Positions 9,454 to 19,406 of a stretch of 64,000 nt of DNA are shown here, in pieces (the stretch's first letter is position 1; each line of letters begins with the position of its first letter). Position numbers and translations under genes: made by a program. The stretch comes from an uncultured delta proteobacterium (GTDB lineage: Bacteria; Desulfobacterota; Binatia; Binatales; Binataceae), in contig CAWJET010000001.1 in NCBI GenBank assembly GCA_963842085.1, positions 1,824,001 to 1,888,000 of the forward strand. The letters are read 5' to 3'. The notes beneath the pieces were generated by a model. That model saw nothing but the letters and a program-made list of their open reading frames with translations, searched no databases and was not told the origin of the DNA.

Positions 9454-9799
9454 TTCGCTGCCGCTCCATTTGTCGAATGCTTCTTCGGCTTCGATCGTTT
9501 TTGTCTCATCCCTCCGCAGATTTTTGCAAATGGGCGTGGCGCATAATGCGGCCTGGATGCGAACTCGTCTCCGCTTGATCGCGCAAACTCTACGGTTCGT
9601 GTAGGCTTCCCGCGCGTGAGCTCGGGTTACCCGGGCCGATGCCCGAAAGCGCCGATTTTTGTGACGAACTCGCGGAGATGTTGCCGAGCCTGGAGAGTTG
9701 AACGCGGTTCGCCCTGCTTCAATCGGAGCCGTAACCTTCGGACGCTTTCGGAGGTTCTACTAGTCACGCCCCCCCTAGCGATCGCCGAGGAGCAGTCCC

Positions 9800-10186
9800 A
9801 TGAGCGCCACTAACAAGCATATTCAACCCGGCTACACGACAATCACGCCCTACCTGTATGCGAAGCTCGACCTTATAGACTTTCTCAAGAATGCTTTCGG
9901 CGCCGAGGTGAAACATACTCCGGCGCCTGACGCTGAGGGGCAATTTCACGCCGAGGCCAGAATTGGCGACGCGCAACTGCTGTTTGGCAACGGCTATTTT
10001 TCCGATCCCTCGATGGCAGCGGCGATTTATCTCTACGTTCCCGACGTCGATGCGACCTACAAACTCGCGGTGAGCCTCGGCGCCAAAGCAATCAGAGAAC
10101 CGGCCGACATGACCTGGGGCGACCGCGTCGGCGGCGTGAAGGACACCTCCGGCAACACCTGGTGGATTGCTACCAATAAGAAGTGA
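9800..10186 (+). CDS. VOC/glyoxalase (PhnB-like) family protein
   Basis: TITPYL...HAEARIGD...WGDRVGGVKDTSGNTWWI; GAGGAG RBS. Confidence 0.9.
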   Translation: MSATNKHIQPGYTTITPYLYAKLDLIDFLKNAFGAEVKHTPAPDAEGQFHAEARIGDAQLLFGNGYFSDPSMAAAIYLYVPDVDATYKLAVSLGAKAIREPADMTWGDRVGGVKDTSGNTWWIATNKK

Positions 10187-10198
10187 GCGAATCATCCG

Positions 10199-10684
10199 AT
10201 GGCACATCCTCGCATGTATGACGATTCGAATCCTGCGATAAAGCGGTTGCGCGAGATCTGTCTGGCGTTGCCCGAAGTCTTCGAAAAGGAAGCGTGGGGC
10301 GAGTGTACGTTTCGCGTTACCGGCGGAAGCATGTTCGCCATGACCGACAACAATCACCACGGTAGCGGCCACGTCGCAGTCTGGGTCAAAGCGCCCGCGA
10401 TGGTTCAAGAGATTCTGGTCAACTCGGATCCCGAGCGGTTTTTCGTCCCGCCATATATGGGCAAACAGGGATGGGTCGGCGTTCGCATCGACCGCAAAGC
10501 CAAATGGGACCACTTGGCGGCGATTCTTAAAGATGGCTACCTAATGTCGGCGCCTAAAAAATCTCGGGCTGGAGCGCCAGCGCGGCTTGTCGCTGTCGCG
10601 GTTTCGACCGTCTCGCCTCCAAAGCGAACCTCCCGGCCAGCGCGACGAAAAAAAACGTCCGGCCAAGTCCGCTACGAAACCTGA
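10199..10684 (+). CDS. MmcQ/YjbR family protein
   Basis: LREICLALPE...FFVPPYMGKQGWVGV, followed by a basic low-complexity tail. Confidence 0.88.
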   Translation: MAHPRMYDDSNPAIKRLREICLALPEVFEKEAWGECTFRVTGGSMFAMTDNNHHGSGHVAVWVKAPAMVQEILVNSDPERFFVPPYMGKQGWVGVRIDRKAKWDHLAAILKDGYLMSAPKKSRAGAPARLVAVAVSTVSPPKRTSRPARRKKTSGQVRYET

Positions 10685-10832
10685 ACACGCGGAACTCACC
10701 CGCTCATAGACGGCTTTTGCACCGCGTGACGCCAGCCAGCGCCCGCCTGTGCCGACTGTCGGATAATTGCCTTTGCAAACCAACGCTATCGGCAGATAGT
10801 TGTGGTGATCGCTCCGCCACGGGGGTTGAGTT

Positions 10833-11993
10833 ATGGATTTCGAGCTGGATGAAGAGCATCGCATCTTTCGCGACAACTTGCGCAAGTTCCTGGAAGCCGA
10901 ACTCCGCCCGCTCGATGAAAAATGGGGCGACGAGGAGATGGTTCCTGAGCGCGCGCGCCAACTGACGAAAATGCTGGTGCCGTGGGGCTATCTGGGCGAC
11001 GCGCGCAGCGACGATCCTTTCATCAGCTGCATCATGACCGAGGAGCTGGCGCGCATCTTTCCCAGCGCGGCGGGAATCGTCGGCATGACGGCGGGAGCGG
11101 GATGGTCGATTTCCCGGCGTGCGCATCCCGAAGTGGCGAAGCGTTTCGGGCCGCCGCTCCTGGCCGGCGATCTGATCGGCGCCAACGCCATCAGCGAACC
11201 CAATGTCGGTTCCGATCCGTCGTCGATCCAGTGCCGCGCGGAGCGCAAGGGCGATAGCTATGTGATCAACGGCACCAAGTGCTGGATCAGCAACGGCCAT
11301 ATCGCGGACGTGGTGGTGCTGGTCGCGCAGACCGATCCCAAGCTCGGCCCCGCGGGAGTGCGTCAATTCGTGGTTGATCGCCGCGAGTCTCCGTTCAAGA
11401 GCCGCGACATCGAGACCATCGGGCTCAAGGCGTTCCCGACCTCCGAGCTGTTTTTCGACGACGTTGCGATTCCGGCAACTCATCGGCTCGACGGATGGGA
11501 GGACTCGGGCACGGCGGCCGATCCGGCGAAGTCGTTTCCCCAGGTGTTGCAGGCGATCTCCGCGGCGCGCGTCGGAACCGCGCTGATTTCGGTGGGTATC
11601 GCGCAGCGGGCGTTTGAGATTGCGCTCGCGTACGTGAAGGTCCGCAAACAATTCGGCAAGGAGATCGGCCGCTTCCAACTGGTCCAGGAAATGATCGCCG
11701 AGATGGCGACCGACATCGACGCCGGCCGCCTGCTCTGTTATCGGGCGATGCAGCTCTCGCACAGAGCGCGAAGCGACGCAGAGGTATCGATGGCGAAGGC
11801 GTATGCGACTGAGATGGGCGTGCGGGTGGCTTCCACGGCGATTCAGGCGATGGGCGCGATCGGGCTTGCGGTCGAGAACAGAGTGGAGCGATGCCTGCGC
11901 GACGCGCGGATGCTGACGATACCCGACGGCACAACGCAGATTCAGAACCTAATCATCGGCCGCGCCCTGATCGGAATGTCCGCGATCCGGTAA
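10833..11993 (+). CDS. Acyl-CoA dehydrogenase
   Basis: AISEPNVGSD, NGTKCWISNG, RKQFGKEIGRFQ, IPDGTTQIQ. Confidence 0.95.
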   Translation: MDFELDEEHRIFRDNLRKFLEAELRPLDEKWGDEEMVPERARQLTKMLVPWGYLGDARSDDPFISCIMTEELARIFPSAAGIVGMTAGAGWSISRRAHPEVAKRFGPPLLAGDLIGANAISEPNVGSDPSSIQCRAERKGDSYVINGTKCWISNGHIADVVVLVAQTDPKLGPAGVRQFVVDRRESPFKSRDIETIGLKAFPTSELFFDDVAIPATHRLDGWEDSGTAADPAKSFPQVLQAISAARVGTALISVGIAQRAFEIALAYVKVRKQFGKEIGRFQLVQEMIAEMATDIDAGRLLCYRAMQLSHRARSDAEVSMAKAYATEMGVRVASTAIQAMGAIGLAVENRVERCLRDARMLTIPDGTTQIQNLIIGRALIGMSAIR

Positions 11994-11995
11994 TC

Positions 11996-12577
11996 ATGAA
12001 GGCAGACGATCCGATCGCGCGATTTACTCGATGGTTTCGTCAGGAAGTGGCTGCGGGCACCGACCTGCCGGAATCGATGGCGCTGGCTACTTGCGGCCTC
12101 GACGGCATACCCAGCGTGCGCTACGTCCTGCTCAAGCAAGCCGATGAGCGAGGGTTTTCCTTCTACACAGACATCCGCAGTCTCAAGGGCCGGCAAATTG
12201 CGCAAAATCCCCGCGCCGCACTGGCCTTCTACTGGCCGCGGAGGGGACGTCAGATCAGGATCGACGGTTCGGTCGAGCGGATGACCGCGCACGAAGCGGA
12301 CGAGTATTGGGCGACCAGGCCGATAGACAGCAGGTTTTCGGCCAGCGCGTCGCACCAGAACCATCCGCTGAAAAACCGCGAAGAGCTAACTGCGCGGGTC
12401 GCCAGGCTCCGGCGGGAATTGAAGGGCAAGCCGCCGATTCGGCCGAATTACTGGCTCGGACTCCGCGTGGTGCCTAATCGGATCGAATTCTGGGTGCGCG
12501 CTCCCTTCCGGTTGCATCGGCGCGAGTTGTTCGTGCGAAGCGGGGGCCGATGGCGCAAGACACTGCTCCAGCCCTGA
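11996..12577 (+). CDS. pdxH: Pyridoxamine 5'-phosphate oxidase
   Basis: MALAT...PSVRYVLLK...FYT...IEFW...RLHRR. ATG lies 2 nt after the ACAD stop. Confidence 0.88.
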   Translation: MKADDPIARFTRWFRQEVAAGTDLPESMALATCGLDGIPSVRYVLLKQADERGFSFYTDIRSLKGRQIAQNPRAALAFYWPRRGRQIRIDGSVERMTAHEADEYWATRPIDSRFSASASHQNHPLKNREELTARVARLRRELKGKPPIRPNYWLGLRVVPNRIEFWVRAPFRLHRRELFVRSGGRWRKTLLQP

Positions 12578-12713
12578 ACACTGCTTCCGATCGAAACAGT
12601 CCCTGCATCGAAACCACCCAGATTCCAGAAATCCCGCGGAAACAACGCACACAGAAAGGCTCACGCTCCAAGGCTGCAATGTGCGCAAACAACCGTTGGG
12701 ATGCGCGCTTACG

Positions 12714-12729
12714 TGGCACGTTCGATGCA
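12714..12729 (+). promoter_or_regulatory. Candidate sigma54 (-24/-12) promoter upstream of ACAD-CoA ligase-nitroreductase genes
   Basis: TGGCAC-GTTCG-ATGCA, a near-consensus match to TGGCAC-N5-TTGCW. Confidence 0.6.
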
Positions 12730-12805
12730 CCGTGATCGAAAGCTGAAGCCGGTAAGCTGGCGATCACGGCTCTCGGAAGCCGCAGCGCGAGGAGAAAACA
12801 GGCCG

Positions 12806-14077
12806 ATGGATACTTACCGTGAACTCTGTATGGGGGTCCCGAAAGAATACGAGTCGCTGCGCGAGAACGCTCATCGCTTCGCGAAGGAAGTGATGCGTCC
12901 AGCCGCGATCGAACTCGATCGCATGGCAGATCCCAGGGACGTCATCGCCCCGGATTCTCCGCTAAGACGCGTACTGAAGCAGGCCTACGGCCTTGGCTAT
13001 CATGTGGCGGGAATCCCGGTCGCGATGGGTGGGCTGGGACTCGATCCGCTCGCGACTCACATCCTGCATGAGGAACTGGCGTGGGGCTCGGTCGATCTGG
13101 CGCTGGCGATCGGATGCTCAGGGTTCCCGTCGTTCGTCGCCGCCACCAGCGGAAATCCCGATCTGTACGAAAACTTCGTGAAGCCCTACGTCGAGGACCG
13201 CGAAGCCGCCTTCATAGGATGCTGGGCTATCACCGAGCCCAACCATGGCTCAGATCACATAATGGTGGGCACGCCCGAGTATCACAATCCGAAGGTGCAG
13301 GGCGAAGTTGTCGCGCGCGTTGAGGGCGACTCCTACGTCATCAAGGGCCAGAAGTCGTCATGGGTTTCCAATGGCACCATCGCGACTCACGCGGCGCTCT
13401 ATCTAAGAATCGAATCCAATTCGTCTCATGCAGCGACCGGAATGTCCGGCGGCGGCGTCGCAGTGGTTCCGCTCAACTTGCCGGGAGTGTCGAAGGGCAA
13501 GCCACTCAACAAACTGGGGCAACGCGCGCTAAACCAGGGCGAGATCTTCTTCGACAACGTGCGCATCCCGCGCCATTACATGGTGGTGAACTCCGATGCC
13601 TATGAGCAGCACACGATCGCGACGCTGACCGGGGCCAACGGCGGCATGTCCACCGCATTTACCGGTCTCGCCCGCGCCGCATATGAGGCCGCACTCGACT
13701 ATTCGAAGGAGCGCATCCAGGGCGGGCAGCCCATCTGCGAGCATCAGCTCGTGCAGAAGCGCCTGTTCGAAATGTTCACCAAGGTCGAGGCATGTCGCGC
13801 CCTTTCGCGTGCGGTTACCGTTTACAACAGCTCGTCGGGAGCGCCTTCGCTCCAACATGCGATCGCCGCGAAGACCTTCTGCACGCAGGCCGCATTCGAG
13901 GTGACCAGCGATGCCTTGCAGATATTCGGCGGCAACGGGCTGAGCAAGGAATATCCGGTCGAGAAGATGTTCCGCGATGCGCGGGCCTCGCTGATCGAGG
14001 ACGGCACCAACGATGTCCTGAGCCTGGCTGGCGCGCGGCACATCCTGGCCGAGGCCGATGGCCACGCGCACGCGTAG
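12806..14077 (+). CDS. Acyl-CoA dehydrogenase
   Basis: WAITEPNHGSD, KGQKSSWVSNG, ERIQGG...HQLVQ, IEDGTNDVL; GAGGAG RBS before ATG 12806. Confidence 0.93.
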   Translation: MDTYRELCMGVPKEYESLRENAHRFAKEVMRPAAIELDRMADPRDVIAPDSPLRRVLKQAYGLGYHVAGIPVAMGGLGLDPLATHILHEELAWGSVDLALAIGCSGFPSFVAATSGNPDLYENFVKPYVEDREAAFIGCWAITEPNHGSDHIMVGTPEYHNPKVQGEVVARVEGDSYVIKGQKSSWVSNGTIATHAALYLRIESNSSHAATGMSGGGVAVVPLNLPGVSKGKPLNKLGQRALNQGEIFFDNVRIPRHYMVVNSDAYEQHTIATLTGANGGMSTAFTGLARAAYEAALDYSKERIQGGQPICEHQLVQKRLFEMFTKVEACRALSRAVTVYNSSSGAPSLQHAIAAKTFCTQAAFEVTSDALQIFGGNGLSKEYPVEKMFRDARASLIEDGTNDVLSLAGARHILAEADGHAHA

Positions 14078-14118
14078 CAGCTACGGCCGGATTTGATTGA
14101 TCGCGATGGAGGTTGCCG

Positions 14119-15690
14119 ATGGCACGTGCACAGGGAGCGATTGAGCAGCTGATCAGGCTGCGCGTGAAACAGCATCCACACGAAACCTGGCTCAAGTTCA
14201 AAGACCAGGAATTTTCGTGGGAGCAAGTGTTGAGTAACATTCATCGCGCTGCGAACGGCTTGCTTGCTCTCGGCATCGCGCCCGGCGACCGCGTCGCGAT
14301 CATGATGGGCAATCGCCCCGAATTTTTGTGGATCCACTTCGCGATCGGTTTCATCGGCGCGGTGAGCGTTCCCGTCAACACCTCGCAGCGCGGCGTGACA
14401 TTGCATCACGTGCTCGCGGACTCCGACTCCGCGGCGGTGATCTTCGAAGAGCTACTGCGCGATTCAGTGATGGCGGTAAAGGACTCGCTGCCGAGCCTGA
14501 AGGCAATGGTGTCAGCCGACGGCAAGACCGGCAAGGGAGTAGATACCACCGTGGACGCCCTGATGGCGCATCCCGATCGGGAACCCGACGTCGATGTAGG
14601 CTCAAGCGCCGGCGGCGCAAATATGATGTACACCTCGGGCACCACCGGGCCTCCGAAAGGCGTCATCGCCAGCGGCGGGGATAGCACCGCGATCGGTGCG
14701 GTGCTGGGCGCCTTAAAGGTACGCCCCGGCGAGACCATCTACACCGCGCTCCCGCTGTTTCACGGCAACGCGCTGATGATCTCGGGATTCGGCTCGATGC
14801 TGCTTGATACCAAATTCGCGATCGCCGAGCGCTTCAGCGCATCGCGATTCTGGGACGAATGCCGCAAGTACCACGCCGTCGAGTTCAACACTCTGGGAGG
14901 CATGATTCCGATTCTGCTCAAGCAGCCGCCGCGTCCCGACGATCGCAAGCACGAAGTGCGGGTGGTGCTCTCGGCAGCATGCCCGGCATCGGTGTGGAAG
15001 GAATTCACGGATCGTTTCGGCGTCAGGATCATCGAAGTTTATGGAATGGTCGATTCGCCCGGTTTCCTGATGAACGACGTTGACCGCGTCGGCTCGATGG
15101 GCAAGCCGGTCGGCGAGGTCGAGTTCCGCGTGGTCGACGACAACGACATTCCGCTCCCGGCCGGCAAGGTCGGCGAACTCGTCTTCCGGCATCCCAAGGG
15201 GCAGCTCAGTCACTATCACAAGCTGCCCGATGCAACTGCGGAGGCATACCGCAACGGATGGTTTCATTCGGGCGATCTCGCCAGGACCGACGAGGACGGT
15301 TTCTATTATTTCTGCGGACGCAAGAAGGCGTCGATTCGGCGCCGCGGCGAGAATATTTCCGCCTGGGAGATCGAGACCGTCGTTGATCAGCATCCCGCGG
15401 TGTTGGAGTCGGCAGCCTACGCGGTGCCGTCGGAACTCGGGGAGGATGAAGTCAAGATCGCGGTCGTGCTGGCGCCCAACGCGAAACTTCGCCCCGAAGA
15501 GCTCATCGAGTTTTGCCGCGATCGGATGGCCTACTACGCGGTGCCGCGGTATATCGAATTTATCGACGAGCTTCCCAAGACCGGCACTCAGCGCATCCAG
15601 TATGCGGCCCTGAAGGCGCGGGGCGTCGCCGGCGCGTGGGATCGCGAGCAGGCAGGCATCAAGGTCGAACGAGCACGCACGCCGGCATGA
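14119..15690 (+). CDS. AMP-forming acyl-CoA ligase (CaiC-like)
   Basis: YTSGTTGPPKG, YGMVD, WFHSGD, LPKTGTQRI. Confidence 0.93.
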   Translation: MARAQGAIEQLIRLRVKQHPHETWLKFKDQEFSWEQVLSNIHRAANGLLALGIAPGDRVAIMMGNRPEFLWIHFAIGFIGAVSVPVNTSQRGVTLHHVLADSDSAAVIFEELLRDSVMAVKDSLPSLKAMVSADGKTGKGVDTTVDALMAHPDREPDVDVGSSAGGANMMYTSGTTGPPKGVIASGGDSTAIGAVLGALKVRPGETIYTALPLFHGNALMISGFGSMLLDTKFAIAERFSASRFWDECRKYHAVEFNTLGGMIPILLKQPPRPDDRKHEVRVVLSAACPASVWKEFTDRFGVRIIEVYGMVDSPGFLMNDVDRVGSMGKPVGEVEFRVVDDNDIPLPAGKVGELVFRHPKGQLSHYHKLPDATAEAYRNGWFHSGDLARTDEDGFYYFCGRKKASIRRRGENISAWEIETVVDQHPAVLESAAYAVPSELGEDEVKIAVVLAPNAKLRPEELIEFCRDRMAYYAVPRYIEFIDELPKTGTQRIQYAALKARGVAGAWDREQAGIKVERARTPA

Positions 15691-15750
15691 CCCGTTCGCC
15701 TTTGAGGGGCGTATAATGGCGGCACGAGTTCCGCGACCCGAGGAGGGACA

Positions 15751-16533
15751 ATGGAATATCAGGAATTAATCGGCACGCGACGTTCGATTCGCTTCTTCGA
15801 TCCCAAGCGACCGGTCGAACAGGACAAGATTCAGAAAATTCTGGAGGCTTGCCTGATCGCTTCATGCGCCGTCAATGCGCATTGGCTCCGCGCAATCGTG
15901 GTCAAGCGCGATGACATACCGAAGGCCGAACTCGAGAAGCTGAAGAACCCGGTGCAGGCCATCGTTATCGAACTCGCGCCGGTGCATATCTACTTCTATG
16001 CCGACCTCGGCGTTGTGAATCGGGTCAAGGGCGCCCGTCTCCGGCAGTTAGTCGATGCAAATGTCGTGGCATCGACCCACGGCTGGAGCATCAAGTTCGT
16101 CGATGAGGTCGTATATCCGATGATCCTCAAGCCGATGACCGAATCGCCGCACTATCCGGCCATGGCCGCTTTCGATTGCGGCGTCGCGGCGTGCCAGGGC
16201 CTGCTGATGGCGTTCGAACAAGGGCTCGGTGCGTGCCTGACCGCGTTCAACGCACCCATCATCGGCGCGATCACCAAGCCGCCTGCGGACTGGTTCCCGC
16301 TCTATCAGCTCAACATCGGCTACTCGCTGGAGTCTCGCGAAGCGGGCGGGCAGCGGCCGCGGCCTCCGTTCGAGGAGCAGTACTTCCTCGGCAAGTACGG
16401 AAATCCGTTTCCGCGCGATCCCAAAGTGGTCGAGGAGCTGAAGAAATCGAAGATGCTGCAAGCGCCGGCGCCGCTTCCGGGCCGCAAAGAGGAACTGCGC
16501 CGCCTGGCACGGCAGCTGAATCTGCCGGAGTGA
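15751..16533 (+). CDS. Nitroreductase family protein
   Basis: N-terminal RRSIRFF...KILEA FMN-binding signature; GLGAC near the C-terminus. Confidence 0.82.
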   Translation: MEYQELIGTRRSIRFFDPKRPVEQDKIQKILEACLIASCAVNAHWLRAIVVKRDDIPKAELEKLKNPVQAIVIELAPVHIYFYADLGVVNRVKGARLRQLVDANVVASTHGWSIKFVDEVVYPMILKPMTESPHYPAMAAFDCGVAACQGLLMAFEQGLGACLTAFNAPIIGAITKPPADWFPLYQLNIGYSLESREAGGQRPRPPFEEQYFLGKYGNPFPRDPKVVEELKKSKMLQAPAPLPGRKEELRRLARQLNLPE

Positions 16534-16542
16534 TCGCGGCGT

Positions 16543-17361
16543 TCAGGAACGATCGCTGAAGATGCGCGCGTAAGTTTTTTGTGTAGCCGCCGCTTGTTCC
16601 TGCGCCTTTCTGCGCTCCTCGGGCGTTGCCATCCCGGCGATCATCTTTCGCTCCAGAGCAATCGCATCTTTCAGCGGTAGTTCCGCTCCGCGATTAACCA
16701 ACTGTTTTGCTGCTTTGAGCGCATAGGCAGCCCGCTCGACATAAACGCCCGCCATCTTCTCGCACTCCTTGATCAACTCCGCGGCCGGCGCCACGCAATT
16801 AACCAGCCCCACTCGAAGCGCTTCTTCCGCGGTCCACGGAAGTCCGCTGAAAATCATCTCTTTGGCAACGCCGGGCCCGACCAGGCGCGGAAGGCGTTGC
16901 GTTCCCCCGCCGGCAGGGAGAGCACCGAACCGGATTTCCGGGAGACCGATCGTGGCGGTATCAGAAATAACTCTGACGTCGCATGCCAGCGCGATTTCGC
17001 AGCCGCCGCCCATCGCGGCGCCGTTGATTGCCGCGATGACCGGGACGCGGGATTCTTCGAGCGCGCTGAAGAGATCGCGTTGCGGTATCACAAAGTCTCC
17101 GCTGCCCTGACGCTGTGCGCCGATCGACGCGCGCTCGCGGGCGCGCTCAGCGAAGTCCCGCAGATCGGCGCCGCCGCAGAAGTGTTTGCCGGCGCCGGTG
17201 ACAATGACGACGCGGTACTCTGGGTCCGCTTCGACTTCGTCCATCGCGCCGACCACTTCGCGCATGAGCTTGAAGCTGATCGTGTTCGCGCGATCGGGAC
17301 GGTTCAGCGTCAGGTAGCCGATTCCTTCCTTGCGCTCGAGAATTATCGTTTCGTATTTCAT
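16543..17361 (-). CDS. Enoyl-CoA hydratase/isomerase
   Basis: FCGGADL, GGGCEIALACD, GLPEIRFG...GGTQRLPR. Confidence 0.94.
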   Translation of the reverse strand: MKYETIILERKEGIGYLTLNRPDRANTISFKLMREVVGAMDEVEADPEYRVVIVTGAGKHFCGGADLRDFAERARERASIGAQRQGSGDFVIPQRDLFSALEESRVPVIAAINGAAMGGGCEIALACDVRVISDTATIGLPEIRFGALPAGGGTQRLPRLVGPGVAKEMIFSGLPWTAEEALRVGLVNCVAPAAELIKECEKMAGVYVERAAYALKAAKQLVNRGAELPLKDAIALERKMIAGMATPEERRKAQEQAAATQKTYARIFSDRS

Positions 17362-17376
17362 GCTGTTCCCCATCGA

Positions 17377-18168
17377 CTAAATCGCGAACGAATAGCCGCC
17401 GTTGACCGGAATCGTTTGTCCGGTGATCCAGCTCGACGCGTCGGAACTCAAAAACAGGATCATGTTGGCTGCGTCCTCCGGCTCGCCAAGTCGCTTGATC
17501 TGGTAAACCTTTAGCATTCGCTTGACCGTTTCTGGATCGGAGGTGGCGCGCTCGATGGCCGGCGTGCGCGTCGCGCCCAGTGCGACACAATTGGCGGTGA
17601 CTCCCGCGCGGCCGAGGTCCTTGGCCACCGCCCGCATGAAGCCCGCAGCGCCCGCCTTGGCGCCCGAGTAGATTTCCAGGTTAGGCTCGCCCACGCGACC
17701 CGCATCCGAGATCACCGTCACGATCTTGCCGTACTTGTTCGCGAGCATCGCGGGTCCTGCCACTCGCACGCAGTTCAGCACGCCGAAGAGGTTGGTGCCG
17801 AGGAAGGGCTCCCAGTCTTTCGGCTCCTGTTCCCAGAAGGGTTTGCGTGCGACGGCGCTTGGATCGGCGCCGGCATTGCCCGCGTTGTTGACCAAAATAT
17901 CGACTTTGCCGAAAGTCGCCCGCGCTTTTTCAAACATCGCGGTGACCGACGCGAAATTGGTCACGTCGCACTGCGCCGCGATCGCTTTGACGCCCAGCTT
18001 TTCCACTTCGGCTGCCACCGCTTCGGCGCGCTCGAGGCGGAAATCGTTGACGACTACGCCGCCGGCGTTGTTCTGTGCGAAACGAAGCGCGACCGCGCGC
18101 CCCACGCCTTGTCCGGCACCGGTCACAAGGCCGACGCGTCCCTTGAGATCGAGGATATTGACGCTCAC
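17377..18168 (-). CDS. Short-chain dehydrogenase/reductase (3-oxoacyl/hydroxyacyl-CoA type)
   Basis: TGAGQGVG, NNAG, SDAGRVGE, YSGAK. Confidence 0.94.
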   Translation of the reverse strand: MSVNILDLKGRVGLVTGAGQGVGRAVALRFAQNNAGGVVVNDFRLERAEAVAAEVEKLGVKAIAAQCDVTNFASVTAMFEKARATFGKVDILVNNAGNAGADPSAVARKPFWEQEPKDWEPFLGTNLFGVLNCVRVAGPAMLANKYGKIVTVISDAGRVGEPNLEIYSGAKAGAAGFMRAVAKDLGRAGVTANCVALGATRTPAIERATSDPETVKRMLKVYQIKRLGEPEDAANMILFLSSDASSWITGQTIPVNGGYSFAI

Positions 18169-18193
18169 GTTTCACCTCCAAATGATTGGCGTT

Positions 18194-19405
18194 CTAGGCG
18201 AGCACTCCCGCCTCGCCCAATTGCGCGATTTCCGTTTCCGAGATTCCCAAGACCGCGGTCAGCACCTCTTTCGTATGCTCACCGATTCGAGGCCCGCGCC
18301 GCGTCGCGGGAAGGTTGGTGCGAGCGAGCGAGAAACGCGGCCCCTCGATCACTGCCTCGCCGAAAACCCGATCGTTGATCTTGTTAAGGTGTCCCGCTGC
18401 GAGAAGATCGGCATCGCGCGCGAGGTCGCCGCCCCGGCTGACGACATGAGCGGGCACTCCCGCGGCTTGAAGGCGGTGCTCGATGGCATCCACTTCCTGT
18501 CCATGAGTCCAGCCAGCGATCGCCTGGTCCAGCTCGGCGCGATTGCGCAGCCGGCCGATGATCGTGTCGAACTTCGCATCGCGCAACTCGACGCCGATCA
18601 CGGCGCGAAGTGCCTCCCAATGAGTTGGAGCTGAAGCGTCGATCGCGATCCATCGATCCTCCCCGCTGCACGGATATACTCCCTGCGGCGCCTGCAGCGG
18701 CGATCCTGCAACTCCGCGGCGTTCCGGAATCGTGCCGTTCGCGGCGTATTCGTAATATGCGGGCATCATGAACTGAATTCCCGCTTCGGCTTGCGCGACA
18801 TCTATATAGCATCCCATCCCGGTGCGCGATCGGCGATGGAGCGCCGCGAGGATGCTCGCCACGATAAACCTCGGCGTCACCGCGTCGGTCCACGGACCCC
18901 ACGGCCCGGTGGGCTCGCGATCGGTCCATCCGATTTGATACGTCGCGCCTGACATCGCCGCGCCCATCGTGCCGACGCCACTGGTGCCCTTCGCGTACGG
19001 TCCGGTCTGTCCGAGCAGGCTCGTCGACGCCATGATGATCCGGCCGTTGCTATTCTTCAGATCTGCGTAGCCGAGATGAAGCGTCTCGAGCACGCCGGGT
19101 GTAAAGCTTTCCAGCACGACATCCGCCCAAGCCGTCAGTCGCAGGACTATCTCGCGCCCCTCGGGACGGCGGATATCGATCGCGACGCATCGTTTGCCCG
19201 CGTTGAGGTTGTGATAGCTGACCGAGCGTTCGGGCCCCATCTTCCCGTCCTTGAACGGACCGAGCGTGCGAACCGGATCGATGCGTTTCGAGCTTTCGAC
19301 CTTGATCACGTCGGCGCCCATGTCGGCCAGGCAGCGCCCGCTGGCCGGCCCGACCATCACCCAACTCAAATCGAGCACATGAACGCCGTCGAGCGGTGCC
19401 GACAT
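18194..19405 (-). CDS. Class III CoA-transferase (CaiB/BaiF), putative catalytic subunit
   Basis: PLDGVHVLDLSW...LADMGADVIKVE, NAGKR; Asp retained in GPWTDAV. Confidence 0.92.
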   Translation of the reverse strand: MSAPLDGVHVLDLSWVMVGPASGRCLADMGADVIKVESSKRIDPVRTLGPFKDGKMGPERSVSYHNLNAGKRCVAIDIRRPEGREIVLRLTAWADVVLESFTPGVLETLHLGYADLKNSNGRIIMASTSLLGQTGPYAKGTSGVGTMGAAMSGATYQIGWTDREPTGPWGPWTDAVTPRFIVASILAALHRRSRTGMGCYIDVAQAEAGIQFMMPAYYEYAANGTIPERRGVAGSPLQAPQGVYPCSGEDRWIAIDASAPTHWEALRAVIGVELRDAKFDTIIGRLRNRAELDQAIAGWTHGQEVDAIEHRLQAAGVPAHVVSRGGDLARDADLLAAGHLNKINDRVFGEAVIEGPRFSLARTNLPATRRGPRIGEHTKEVLTAVLGISETEIAQLGEAGVLA

Positions 19406-19406
19406 C

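Noticed and set aside
9454-9799. Intergenic region with a hairpin (aaccttcgga...ttcggaggtt) considered as tRNA or riboswitch
   Set aside because: No cloverleaf or riboswitch consensus that I can recognise; an Rfam/Infernal scan would be needed.
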